Positions 49,187 through 58,590 of a stretch of DNA of 64,000 bases are shown in pieces; position 1 is the first letter of the stretch; each line of letters opens with the position of its first letter. The translations under genes were made by a program, and so were the position numbers. Below the pieces are notes generated by a model. That model was given only the letters and a program-made list of their open reading frames with translations. It was not told where the DNA came from and made no database searches. The stretch is taken from IMG/VR virus record IMGVR_UViG_3300032287_003808, positions 32,001-96,000 of that record, one strand, 5' to 3'. The DNA comes from a virus.

Positions 49187-49518
49187 TTTACAGAATATTT
49201 ATCAAGTATTTCTTTTGAATATAGGTGTGAATTGTCATTATATGATACAACATCCTCCCACCAACGGATACCTACTTGTAATCGTGGTATTGCAAATGAA
49301 GTAATATCATCATCATGAACATAAAATAACAAATCAGTTCTACCACCTGTGTCTTTTATTTCATTTCCATTCTTATCCAAATCAGGATTGGTAATTACTT
49401 CCTGTTCAAATTGGATCCTAGTGTTAAATTCTTGTTGGAAAAAATTAACTAGTTCCTGTGGTTTGCTGTCTCCTAATGTTGTTGCAGGCCAAACACATAA
49501 TTGATTAAATTTACTCAT
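49180..49518 (-). CDS. Hypothetical protein
   Basis: TGGRTDLLFYVH...FAIPRL..GIRWWED. Confidence 0.8.
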   Translation of the reverse strand: MSKFNQLCVWPATTLGDSKPQELVNFFQQEFNTRIQFEQEVITNPDLDKNGNEIKDTGGRTDLLFYVHDDDITSFAIPRLQVGIRWWEDVVSYNDNSHLYSKEILDKYSVKW

Positions 49519-49554
49519 AACTTTTCTTTTTTTAATTTACTTTAATATACGAAA

Positions 49555-49782
49555 CTAATCTTCATCTCCATCATCCTCTTCATCTAACCTATCAATGTAC
49601 TGTTGAATACCCATATTGTAAGTACCCTCAGCATCAACCCAGCTGCGTAGATGTCCTATAATATAAGCGTCAGCATGTCCTTTCATTGATGTTCCTCTCA
49701 ACGCTGTTTCAATGTTTCTAATCGCTGTGTTTAATTGTTCCATTGCCTCATATAGCAATTGTTCTCTGTCTCTTTTTTCCAT
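49555..49782 (-). CDS. Hypothetical protein
   Basis: Own promoter and leader. Confidence 0.8.
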   Translation of the reverse strand: MEKRDREQLLYEAMEQLNTAIRNIETALRGTSMKGHADAYIIGHLRSWVDAEGTYNMGIQQYIDRLDEEDDGDED

Positions 49783-49805
49783 AACTTTTTTATTTGAATA
49801 TACGA

Positions 49806-49827
49806 AAGGCTCTCTAATGAGAGCCTT
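49806..49827 (-). promoter_or_regulatory. Hairpin within promoter spacer
   Basis: AAGGCTCTC-ATTA-GAGAGCCTT directly before TCGTATATT; related hairpins at about 43491, 44303, 44810 and 55478. Confidence 0.6.
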
Positions 49828-49849
49828 CCTTTATTAAACTTTATTTTAT

Positions 49850-50260
49850 TTATTCTGCTTCTCTTTGAGCTTCAATAAACCCATCTACTTGTTCTGTTGA
49901 GTTCTCATTGTATGTCTCTACTTGTAGATCTTCCTCTTCTGGTTCTTCAATTATATACTCACTCAGTACAGCCCCTACATGTTCCATTATTTCATAAACA
50001 TTCACATCCACACTACGCAACTCAATCCGATTATCATAAGTCAATTCAAGCTCAGCGCTATCCAAATCAATCAGATCCTCACTATTATGATCTAATACCC
50101 TTTCAATTCTGTTTGCTACCTCATCAGCTAATGCTTGGGTAATTCCTATTTTTGCTTCTGATTCAATTTGTTCAATCAGTACAATCACTTTGTCAATATC
50201 AACCTGTGATGATAATGTTTTTGCTGCTTCTAGCTGCTTAATCAATTCTACTTTTTTCAT
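49850..50260 (-). CDS. Acidic hypothetical protein
   Basis: Own promoter and leader. Confidence 0.8.
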   Translation of the reverse strand: MKKVELIKQLEAAKTLSSQVDIDKVIVLIEQIESEAKIGITQALADEVANRIERVLDHNSEDLIDLDSAELELTYDNRIELRSVDVNVYEIMEHVGAVLSEYIIEEPEEEDLQVETYNENSTEQVDGFIEAQREAE

Positions 50261-50320
50261 AACTTTTCTTTTTTTAATTTAATTGAATATACGTAATTTA
50301 CTTTGTTAAAAATATTCCTC

Positions 50321-50557
50321 TTACATTTTATTTATAAACTCATCACGAACCAAAGCGGCCGTTTCAAATTCCTCAGTCTCAATTAGGAACATCATAAAAT
50401 TAGTAATGAATGATTTTATGTCACCCTCAAATTCTGTTTCCAATATGAAATGCATTTTTAACTTTTCAGGAAAATCAGCTGAGCATTGTCTGATTATTGG
50501 GTGCATGTTGACTGCTTCAGCAATCACTTGTTCGATGTTAAACTCATTTACTTCCAT
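50321..50557 (-). CDS. Small protein with C-terminal UVR motif
   Basis: IETEEFETAALVRDE. Confidence 0.7.
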   Translation of the reverse strand: MEVNEFNIEQVIAEAVNMHPIIRQCSADFPEKLKMHFILETEFEGDIKSFITNFMMFLIETEEFETAALVRDEFINKM

Positions 50558-50598
50558 AACCTTTATTTTTTAATTTACTTTAATATACGAAATTTATT

Positions 50599-50814
50599 TT
50601 AAGCTTCTTCATCCTTTTCATCAAAATATTCTAATTGGGCAAGGACTTCTTTTAACTCCCTTAGAGCAAACTCAATTGTATGAATAGAACGGTTTTTCAT
50701 TTCAGTAGAGATAGACTCATTCTCCATAGTATTTTTAATACCATTCTCGAACCCTTTAATTTTTCCTGTTAGTGTCGCTCTAACACTTTCTAGTTGAATG
50801 TTGTACTTTTTCAT
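50599..50814 (-). CDS. Coiled-coil small protein
   Basis: Own promoter and leader. Confidence 0.8.
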   Translation of the reverse strand: MKKYNIQLESVRATLTGKIKGFENGIKNTMENESISTEMKNRSIHTIEFALRELKEVLAQLEYFDEKDEEA

Positions 50815-50848
50815 AACCTTTTTTTTTATTTAATATACGAAACCTATT

Positions 50849-51175
50849 TTAATAATCTTCATCCTCATCATACTCATAACCATTATATTCATCATACAAC
50901 TCTTGTGTAATGATTTCTTCTAATGTTGCCCAGTTGTTATCTATATGTTTTTCTATTATATCATTCTGTTTATCTGTGAATTGTGTTTTATCCCATTTCA
51001 ATTCATCTAAGACTAAATAATTAGTACCAGCATCATAATAAGATGAACCCCAAAATTCATATGAACCAATACCATCATTTTCAGGATGTAGTTCACAATC
51101 AAATTCTATTTCTAGATACTCCTCACCACATTCAATTTCATGATGGAATGTTGATGTTACTGTGTTTTTCTTCAT
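50849..51175 (-). CDS. Highly acidic protein
   Basis: NDGIGSYEFWG; D/E/Y-rich tail. Confidence 0.8.
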   Translation of the reverse strand: MKKNTVTSTFHHEIECGEEYLEIEFDCELHPENDGIGSYEFWGSSYYDAGTNYLVLDELKWDKTQFTDKQNDIIEKHIDNNWATLEEIITQELYDEYNGYEYDEDEDY

Positions 51176-51228
51176 AACTTTTTTTATTTAAATATACGAA
51201 ATCAATCTTATGAATTTTATTCCCTTAA

Positions 51229-51522
51229 TCAATAAACCCAATTTTCTAATTTATTCTTTAAATCCTCAGGTGTTTTGAATGAAAACTTTCTACCAACTTT
51301 ACCACTACCACAAAATTTCCCGATCAAACCAAAAGCCATAATTGTAGTTGGTTTCATTCCTCTTAATGCCGCTACACGGTTTGGTTTAGTTTCATCCAAA
51401 TATATGTGAAAACTATTACCATTTGATGCCTTATATTGCACTAGTGTGTAATCATTGAATGGATATGAATTTTCAAATCCATTTTTGATTAGTTGCTCTT
51501 TAACTTCTTTTAAACTTTTCAT
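51229..51522 (-). CDS. Hypothetical protein
   Basis: Own promoter and leader. Confidence 0.8.
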   Translation of the reverse strand: MKSLKEVKEQLIKNGFENSYPFNDYTLVQYKASNGNSFHIYLDETKPNRVAALRGMKPTTIMAFGLIGKFCGSGKVGRKFSFKTPEDLKNKLENWVY

Positions 51523-51549
51523 AACCTTTTTTTCTTTTAATATACGAAA

Positions 51550-51927
51550 CTAATCTTCATCATCTTCTTCCCTTGTAAATCTTTTCACTGAAAGTTCAAA
51601 ATCTAAAATATCTAGTTCCTCTTTTAGACGTTCTAAAAATGATTCATTCCCATCATCACCGGCTAACAACCAATCCATACGTTGAGCATATATTTCTGCT
51701 TTGCGGAGTATTTCATAGCCTCTTTTGAACTCAGTCATAACCTCATCTGGGAGTGTGTAATGGTTTAAATCTTCAGGATATTTTTTATACCAATCATCAT
51801 TACGCCATGATTCTTCTTTTAATTCACGTTCTGTTTTAGGCGCTCCACTTAAAGCTATTTCATGTTCAACACGGTCAGCTATTTCTCTAATACGTCGTTG
51901 GTTGTAATCAAATGTTCCTCCACTCAT
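51550..51927 (-). CDS. Hypothetical protein
   Basis: MSGGTFDY...DWLLAGDDG common phage family pattern. Confidence 0.8.
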   Translation of the reverse strand: MSGGTFDYNQRRIREIADRVEHEIALSGAPKTERELKEESWRNDDWYKKYPEDLNHYTLPDEVMTEFKRGYEILRKAEIYAQRMDWLLAGDDGNESFLERLKEELDILDFELSVKRFTREEDDED

Positions 51928-51932
51928 AATTT

Positions 51933-52259
51933 TTAATCTATAGTTATTGATTCAAGTCCAAATAATTCATTCAATACTGTTTCTTCCATTCCTTCAAATC
52001 CTGTATCATCCATTGCTTCTATTACTTCTATAATACTTGTAGCTGATTTTACTTTTGATATAGCATTTTTACACGCGTTAAAATTGAGTCGAATACTTTG
52101 AATGATGTCCTCAATTTCATCAACTGTTTTATCTTTATCTCTATTTACTACTATTCCAATGTCTTGAAACATCTCATTAGTGAAACTATCAACATGTTCT
52201 TCTAACATAGTAATTACTCGCTGTTTTCCTTCTTCGAAATTAAATCTTAAATTTTTCAT
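51933..52259 (-). CDS. Hypothetical protein
   Basis: Own promoter and leader. Confidence 0.8.
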   Translation of the reverse strand: MKNLRFNFEEGKQRVITMLEEHVDSFTNEMFQDIGIVVNRDKDKTVDEIEDIIQSIRLNFNACKNAISKVKSATSIIEVIEAMDDTGFEGMEETVLNELFGLESITID

Positions 52260-52294
52260 AACTCTTATTTTTATTTTAATATACGAAACTATTT

Positions 52295-52585
52295 TTAGAG
52301 AACCTCTTCCTTTATTTTTTCAAATTGATATTCAAAATAACCACCATTGTCTTGACTGCCTGATAGATCATCTCTGATCCATTCTACTTTGACATATTCT
52401 TCATCTCCGGCTCCAACATAGTATCCTTGAAATACAGCTGTTGCTCCTTCTTGGGCTTCATAGTTTTCAGCTCCTTTGAATTCTAAAATGTCCCCTTCTT
52501 TAAATTTCATAGTCTTTTCTTTTTTAATAGGCATGTCTCCATCTGATAACTGTGGGTCGTCCCATGATGTATCTCTTTTAGTCAT
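52295..52585 (-). CDS. Hypothetical protein
   Basis: KFKEGD SH3-like strand pattern. Confidence 0.75.
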   Translation of the reverse strand: MTKRDTSWDDPQLSDGDMPIKKEKTMKFKEGDILEFKGAENYEAQEGATAVFQGYYVGAGDEEYVKVEWIRDDLSGSQDNGGYFEYQFEKIKEEVL

Positions 52586-52586
52586 A

Positions 52587-52808
52587 TTATTTTAGTGTGA
52601 CTGCGATTATAGCTACAATTACAGCTACAATAGCCGCAATTGCTACTATTGCTATAACTAACGCTAATGGAATCCATAACGGGCTTGTTACCCACCACCA
52701 TGACCAATTTGCTACTGGTCCTATTTCTGCTAATTTAAGGGTTAAGAATATCAGAAACAATACTGTTCCAATACCAATTCCGCTTGTTGTTGTTTTTTTA
52801 TCACTCAT
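52587..52808 (-). CDS. Two-TM membrane protein
   Basis: LFLIFLTLKL...WSWWWVTSPLWIP. Confidence 0.8.
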   Translation of the reverse strand: MSDKKTTTSGIGIGTVLFLIFLTLKLAEIGPVANWSWWWVTSPLWIPLALVIAIVAIAAIVAVIVAIIAVTLK

Positions 52809-52850
52809 TATATCACTTTTAATTTATTTTAATATACGAAACTAATTTTA

Positions 52851-53912
52851 TTATTCAAAATCCCTTATTGCTATTACTTTAGGGAATCGTGGAACGCCAT
52901 CTGTGGTTAATTCAAAGTATTTAACAGTTGCTTTTTTACCTATTAAATCACCTCGTTTAAATAACATTTCTAAATACTCATGGTCTCCATTCACTGCTGA
53001 ATCAAATCCATCAAATACTAGTTTGCCTATTTTACCTGTTAGTTTTCCTTTACCTTCAACTACGCCTTTAATTTCAAACTCATCATCCATGAATGATTTA
53101 TGTTTAAGTAAGTGTTTTGAACGCTTATTCTCATACTCACTACTTAACACTCTAACCATTTGACCTTCATACCCATCAGCCATATAAACACGATACATAT
53201 CCATTAAATCTTCTTCATTATGTATAATAGTTGTATCAACTACAATACAGCATCCAGGTAAATCTAAATCATTTATAGCAAAACTTCGTTCATGGAATTG
53301 ACCTGTATGTGATGGCAAGTCATAGATCCAATATTGGATGTATTGTTTGCTTTCAATTATATCATTCGGAGTTGGTTTTGTTTTTCTAACACACGAGATA
53401 ATCTTATTAAAATCAACCCCATCACTCTTATGAGCATACAACTCACCATCAAATACTAAATCAGGATATTTTTCAAATAGTGGTTTTAATGCTTCATGAA
53501 TGTGGGGGGCAGATATAAGTTCTTTCCCGTTGCGACTTCTCATTCCATCAATATCAATAATACATCTTACACCATCTAATTTAGGTTGAGTTGCTACTGG
53601 ATATTTGATTTTGTCTTTATAGTCATTGTAATCATGAGCCAACATTGGTTTGAAGAATATAGGTTTATCAATGTCATTGATGTCTTCAAATGCTCCTAAA
53701 TCCATTTTCTTTTTATGTAACGCTTTAGCTTGCTTTTGTGCTTGTTCTTCTGCTGTACAATATGATTTAGCCTCACATACAGTCCATTCAGATATAACTT
53801 TTTGACCATCAGTGAACCCTGACATTGTTCTGAATTTATTTGTTTCAGTTTCAATTGTCCATTCACTGATTTTTCCTGTCGTGGAACGTTTATACAATGT
53901 TTTAAATATCAT
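52851..53912 (-). CDS. lig: ATP-dependent DNA ligase
   Basis: KPMLA; QPKLDGVR (motif I); FDGELY; YEGQMVR; KRS..LLKHK; PRFP. Confidence 0.95.
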   Translation of the reverse strand: MIFKTLYKRSTTGKISEWTIETETNKFRTMSGFTDGQKVISEWTVCEAKSYCTAEEQAQKQAKALHKKKMDLGAFEDINDIDKPIFFKPMLAHDYNDYKDKIKYPVATQPKLDGVRCIIDIDGMRSRNGKELISAPHIHEALKPLFEKYPDLVFDGELYAHKSDGVDFNKIISCVRKTKPTPNDIIESKQYIQYWIYDLPSHTGQFHERSFAINDLDLPGCCIVVDTTIIHNEEDLMDMYRVYMADGYEGQMVRVLSSEYENKRSKHLLKHKSFMDDEFEIKGVVEGKGKLTGKIGKLVFDGFDSAVNGDHEYLEMLFKRGDLIGKKATVKYFELTTDGVPRFPKVIAIRDFE

Positions 53913-53940
53913 AACTCTTATTTTTATTTAATATATGAAA

Positions 53941-54465
53941 TTATCTTTTAATACCTAATTCCTCTAATGTTTTTGGAGTATAATCAACCCGCTCACATGA
54001 AACACAAATGTAACGTTCATCTATTAATTGAGTTATTTTGTATGTACCAAGGTGATAAACATCTCTCATTACTTGTTTGTCATGGATGTGACCATGAATG
54101 TTATAGTTGAAACGATAATCAAGTTCCATTGGATGAATTGGACAATGTGTTAACATAACACCTTTGTATTGTATCATACCAGCTACACTTTCAACATATT
54201 CAAGTAATTTTTTAACGTCTTGTCGTCGGTCATGATTACCTAATACAACATGTTTTATACCATTTAAACGATCAAGCAATGGGTATGGAGCTGATTTCTC
54301 CATTGTCACATCACCTAAAATATATGTAACGTCTCGTTTTGAAACAACACTATTATATTTTTCAATAATATATTCATCATGTTCTTCTACTGTTGAGAAG
54401 CCCCGATGTAAAGCCATGTTAATATGACCTAAATGTAAGTCTGCTATAAATCGTACTATTGCCAT
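53941..54465 (-). CDS. Metallophosphoesterase
   Basis: ADLHLGH, LGD, GNHD, THCP, IHGHIH. Confidence 0.9.
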   Translation of the reverse strand: MAIVRFIADLHLGHINMALHRGFSTVEEHDEYIIEKYNSVVSKRDVTYILGDVTMEKSAPYPLLDRLNGIKHVVLGNHDRRQDVKKLLEYVESVAGMIQYKGVMLTHCPIHPMELDYRFNYNIHGHIHDKQVMRDVYHLGTYKITQLIDERYICVSCERVDYTPKTLEELGIKR

Positions 54466-54466
54466 C

Positions 54467-54673
54467 TTATTTTAAGTATTTAACTCTTCTAGTTTTAATT
54501 TCATCTTTATTATGTCCATCTCTAGTAAGTTGAACTATGAGTTGCCGTTTTGAATGATATGCTACATTGTGAAAAGCAATTCCACCTTCAATATAAATAT
54601 CATAACCAATATTAGTCCAACTTTCATCATAATAATAACCCATGAACATAGTTCCATAATTTCTTCCAGCCAT
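54467..54673 (-). CDS. Hypothetical protein
   Basis: Own promoter. Confidence 0.7.
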   Translation of the reverse strand: MAGRNYGTMFMGYYYDESWTNIGYDIYIEGGIAFHNVAYHSKRQLIVQLTRDGHNKDEIKTRRVKYLK

Positions 54674-54721
54674 AATTTTCTTTTTAATTTATTTTAATAT
54701 ACGAAACTTATTTTAATAAAT

Positions 54722-54931
54722 TTATTCCCCTATTTTTTCTTTAATGTCACCAATTGTGAATATACCTTGTGGTGAATTATCCATTGCTTCTACTTCTGTA
54801 TCATCAGGTAACAATTCAGCAATTTCATTAGTAAAATAAACACTTACTTTTCCGTTTCCCACTCCTACACGTCGTGCTATAGGTTCTATTTCTCCTGTTG
54901 ATGGTATTTTAACTCCAAATGTTGTACTCAT
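54722..54931 (-). CDS. Hypothetical protein
   Basis: AGTTATG leader. Confidence 0.75.
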   Translation of the reverse strand: MSTTFGVKIPSTGEIEPIARRVGVGNGKVSVYFTNEIAELLPDDTEVEAMDNSPQGIFTIGDIKEKIGE

Positions 54932-54943
54932 AACTCTTATTTT

Positions 54944-55441
54944 TTAATTGAAAAAGTCCCCTTCATCATCATTATTTCCACAGTCTCTTTCTCCACCTGC
55001 TTCACTTTCAAATCGGTCTTCAATTGAAAATCCTGCTGAGTCATATTTAGGACCATTATCAATTACAATTTCAACTTTAATTTCACCATCTACAAAACGA
55101 CTAATTGTAAAGTATTCTACTTCAACTCCTACATGAATTGATTCTTCTAGTTGTTGCTTCAATTCATTTAATTGTTCTTCATTTTCTAAAGCACCACAAG
55201 CAAATCCTTTTGAACCATAACCACTAATTCGGTATGCGCCATATGGATTCTTTAGTTCTTTAATTTCCCAATCATCATCAGTCAATTCACTTAGTTTTTT
55301 ATCCCGATTCTTAATTGTTGCTGAGTAGTGGTAGCCACAATGACTACAATTCACATACTCTTCTCCTGTCTTGTAATAAAAGTCATCATATGCTTCTTGA
55401 TTACAATTTGGACATTCAATATCACTAATTACACTTCCCAT
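54944..55441 (-). CDS. Zn-ribbon hypothetical protein
   Basis: CPNC...CSHCG. Confidence 0.8.
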   Translation of the reverse strand: MGSVISDIECPNCNQEAYDDFYYKTGEEYVNCSHCGYHYSATIKNRDKKLSELTDDDWEIKELKNPYGAYRISGYGSKGFACGALENEEQLNELKQQLEESIHVGVEVEYFTISRFVDGEIKVEIVIDNGPKYDSAGFSIEDRFESEAGGERDCGNNDDEGDFFN

Positions 55442-55503
55442 AATTTTCTTTTTTTTAATTTATATAAATATAAGTAAGACCCCCTAATGGGGGTCGTCCT
55501 TTA

Positions 55504-56313
55504 TTATTCTTCTTTACCTGTAACTAATCCATAAACAATCTTATTATGAGCCAACTCATATGTTAGTTCTTGTTCTACATTCCCGTTTCGGTTCTTTTGA
55601 AATGACATATATGTTCCACCTCCATCTCGTTCTGATCTACGTCTCATTTCTAGGAGCGCATCAGTCATATGTTTCAATTTATTTGAACCTACAAACTCTC
55701 CTGATTTAGTTACTTGTTGTATTAGTAGGAATGCTGTGAATTTATTTTCTTTATTCTCACCTTTGTTATGTCTAACACAAACATCAACTAACCATGATTC
55801 AGCTGTTTTACGATCCCATCCATTATCATCTCTAACACCGTCTAGTACTTCCGCAATTGAATCTATCAAAATACAATCATATCCTAAGTCAAATGCTTGT
55901 TCCATAACATCCTTAGTATTGTATTGAGTATAATCACTCACAAATAATGTATCTACAACACCAAACTGTTTAAATCGTTCAGTGTATTTAAACATCTGTT
56001 TGCGACCCATTTCACCCGACACAAACAAACATTTTGAGCCTTTGTTTTGAACCGCCGATAGGATGTCTAACATTACTGTTGTTTTTCCAACACCTGGATC
56101 TCCGATAATCATAACATTAGAAGCACATGGTATGCCTTGTTCGTGGGAAAAGAACCCATCAATAGTTTTAATTCCACTTGGCATTGCTTCTAACATTCTT
56201 GGATTAACATCTAGTTGATCCAACTTAGTGATTTGTGAAAAATCAATCAGTGAAGGCACTGCTGCTACATTACTGTACTTTGCGGGGCGACCGCGTCTTT
56301 TCATTTCTTCCAT
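55504..56313 (-). CDS. RecA-family (RadA/Sms-like) ATPase with N-terminal AT-hook
   Basis: GDPGVGKT; LFVSGE; ILIDSI; QVTKSGEFVGSNKLKHMTDA; KNRNG; KRRGRP. Confidence 0.85.
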   Translation of the reverse strand: MEEMKRRGRPAKYSNVAAVPSLIDFSQITKLDQLDVNPRMLEAMPSGIKTIDGFFSHEQGIPCASNVMIIGDPGVGKTTVMLDILSAVQNKGSKCLFVSGEMGRKQMFKYTERFKQFGVVDTLFVSDYTQYNTKDVMEQAFDLGYDCILIDSIAEVLDGVRDDNGWDRKTAESWLVDVCVRHNKGENKENKFTAFLLIQQVTKSGEFVGSNKLKHMTDALLEMRRRSERDGGGTYMSFQKNRNGNVEQELTYELAHNKIVYGLVTGKEE

Positions 56314-56357
56314 AACCTTTTTTATTTTTTAATTTATCTAAATATACGAAACTTATT

Positions 56358-56951
56358 TTAAATAAAATCTTCCTCTACTAATTTATCTTTAAGAAGATCT
56401 CTTAATTTAGCTTTTGCTTTGAATAGATTTGATTTAGAAGTCCCTTCATTTATACCTAATATTTCAGCTACTTCTTTATGTGGGTGTTCTTCTAACACAT
56501 ATAATTTAAAAACTTTCCTATATGAATCAGGTAGTTTCTCTATTGTTAATAGTATTGTATCTAAAAAATCCTCACTATACTTTTTTTCCTCAGATTTAAG
56601 ATGAGTAGTATTAACATCAACAGTATTGTTTTTGAATTTATCTTTTCTTATTTCATCAATAGCTGTATTAATTACAATTCTACGCATCCACCCCTCTATT
56701 GAGTTGTTATATGAGTATTGAGATATTCTGTTAAATATTTTAATAAAACTGAGTTGTACTATGTCTTGTGCTTGGTGTTCGTTTTGAGTGTATTTAAGGC
56801 TCACATGCAACATTTTACTGTAGAACATATTGAACAGTGTTGTTTGACTCGCTTGTTTGTTTTGAACGCATCCATCAATGATATGTTTAAGATTATTTTC
56901 CATCAATATACTCATCTGTAAGGCATACATTACATTTTTGCTTTGGGGCAA
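56358..56951 (-). CDS. ECF-type RNA polymerase sigma factor (likely start 56903)
   Basis: AQDIVQLSFIKIF; GWMRRIVINTAID; LPDSYRKVF...HKEVAEILGINEGTSKSNLFKAK. Confidence 0.92.
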   Translation of the reverse strand: MPQSKNVMYALQMSILMENNLKHIIDGCVQNKQASQTTLFNMFYSKMLHVSLKYTQNEHQAQDIVQLSFIKIFNRISQYSYNNSIEGWMRRIVINTAIDEIRKDKFKNNTVDVNTTHLKSEEKKYSEDFLDTILLTIEKLPDSYRKVFKLYVLEEHPHKEVAEILGINEGTSKSNLFKAKAKLRDLLKDKLVEEDFI

Positions 56952-57099
56952 AATTATAAGTGTATATTCCTAATAATAATAGACCCCAAGTATAAAACCA
57001 ATATTTAGGGTGGAATAATGCTTTGAAGAATAAACTCACAGCCATTATAACAAAACTAATCATCAACACTCCACTAATAACATTCCAAAACCCTTTCAT
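56893..57099 (-). CDS. Two-TM membrane protein
   Basis: Hydrophobic segments; overlaps the sigma factor start. Confidence 0.7.
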   Translation of the reverse strand: MKGFWNVISGVLMISFVIMAVSLFFKALFHPKYWFYTWGLLLLGIYTYNFAPKQKCNVCLTDEYIDGK

Positions 57100-57146
57100 A
57101 ATTTTTTTATTTAAATATAAGTAAAATATCTTATTTAAAATATTCC

Positions 57147-57665
57147 TTATTCAAATACAATTGTATCTCCTCTTAATGAGTATTGAAATGATCTTCCAAT
57201 TTCATATTGTCTATATTGAGATGTTTTAAGGTACTTTCTAATTGTGTCTTTAGCTTTGGTAAGTGGCTTTCTAGTATCTTCTTTTTTATCACCTTCTTCT
57301 AATACTACTTTTTTCACTTTCATTCCATATACAAACAAAGTCCCTTTCTCATTATGTACTTTCAAACCAGCACCTAAATGAGTATAAGCATTCTTAATCC
57401 CTTCAGAACGATTTTTAGATGGTGTTTGAAAGCTACTTAACAATTCCACTCTAGCTTCTTCTAATAATTCAACATCTACAGAACTATTTAGAGTAGATAC
57501 ATCTAATCCTTTTAGATACTCTATATCTTTCAGTTTAGCTTTTTCATAATCAACTCCAACATTGAATAATGTTTGATGTTTCTCATTCTGTTGATTAACA
57601 TATGTAACCGATACAAACGATACACCTGTAATTTCTTTTAGCTTTTCAATCAATTTTTCTGTCAT
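57147..57665 (-). CDS. Hypothetical protein
   Basis: Own promoter and leader. Confidence 0.8.
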   Translation of the reverse strand: MTEKLIEKLKEITGVSFVSVTYVNQQNEKHQTLFNVGVDYEKAKLKDIEYLKGLDVSTLNSSVDVELLEEARVELLSSFQTPSKNRSEGIKNAYTHLGAGLKVHNEKGTLFVYGMKVKKVVLEEGDKKEDTRKPLTKAKDTIRKYLKTSQYRQYEIGRSFQYSLRGDTIVFE

Positions 57666-57713
57666 AACTTTTTTATTTTAATATACGAAACTCATTTGGG
57701 GTAACCTATTCCT

Positions 57714-58067
57714 TTACTTCTGGCAGCAGTAACAGAAGCTTTCTTCATAATCATAATTGTCAGCTATTTCTCTTAGCTGTTCAACTGTAACTGTGTTATA
57801 AAATTCTTCACCCCGGCCAACTACATCATAAACTAAATCACTCCAACTATCATCACTCACATCAATTCCAGGTCCACCATCTCGTCCTAACCAAGCATCT
57901 TGATATGTTCTTGATAATAATCCTGCTTTACTATGAATAAATTCTTTTAGTGTTTTAAAATCATCATCTGATAGTTCTGACCATTCGTTTGATATTCTTT
58001 TGTAACTATGGTCTAGTTTCCATCGGGCTGCTTCAATTAGTTGCCAACATTTTTTCTCGTTCATCAT
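57714..58067 (-). CDS. DUF4240-like protein
   Basis: WQLIEAA...SDDSWSDL...VVGRGEEFY...YEESF. Confidence 0.6.
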   Translation of the reverse strand: MMNEKKCWQLIEAARWKLDHSYKRISNEWSELSDDDFKTLKEFIHSKAGLLSRTYQDAWLGRDGGPGIDVSDDSWSDLVYDVVGRGEEFYNTVTVEQLREIADNYDYEESFCYCCQK

Positions 58068-58117
58068 AACCTTTATTTTTTAATTTACTTTAATATACGA
58101 AACCTATTTTATAAAAT

Positions 58118-58354
58118 CTATTCCTCCTCAAACTCCATACATACAACCATATGTTCAGGTAAGTATTCTACTTGGCCAGCGCTTTCATTGTATTTTGTAT
58201 ACTCCGGGTTTTCAATTATTTCAAAGTAACATTTATCTTTTTGAATATAAAGCAAACGGCCTCGTAATGTTGAGAATAAATTACTAGTTAATACCCGCCC
58301 AATCATTTCATTGAGTTTAGGTGTTTGTGGTGTACGGAGTGTAACTCGTTTCAT
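58118..58354 (-). CDS. Hypothetical protein
   Basis: ORF coupled to upstream gene. Confidence 0.75.
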   Translation of the reverse strand: MKRVTLRTPQTPKLNEMIGRVLTSNLFSTLRGRLLYIQKDKCYFEIIENPEYTKYNESAGQVEYLPEHMVVCMEFEEE

Positions 58355-58584
58355 CTTACAATATCTATTGCTTGTTTAACTTTACCTAACAACGCTTCTA
58401 AATCTTCAGGTCCATCTATAGCCCATTGCTCTGTTTTTAAAACATAAAATGCTCCTTCTGAATCTGAGATGCCCATATCTGACATACATTCGATTGTTAG
58501 TAGTTCATACCCACCCATGTCATTTGAACAACAATTTTCTTCTTGGATGAATTCAAATGTAACTTTATCTAATTTAATTTCCAT
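58351..58584 (-). CDS. Hypothetical protein
   Basis: FYVLKTEQWAID pattern. Confidence 0.75.
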   Translation of the reverse strand: MEIKLDKVTFEFIQEENCCSNDMGGYELLTIECMSDMGISDSEGAFYVLKTEQWAIDGPEDLEALLGKVKQAIDIVR

Positions 58585-58590
58585 AATCTT

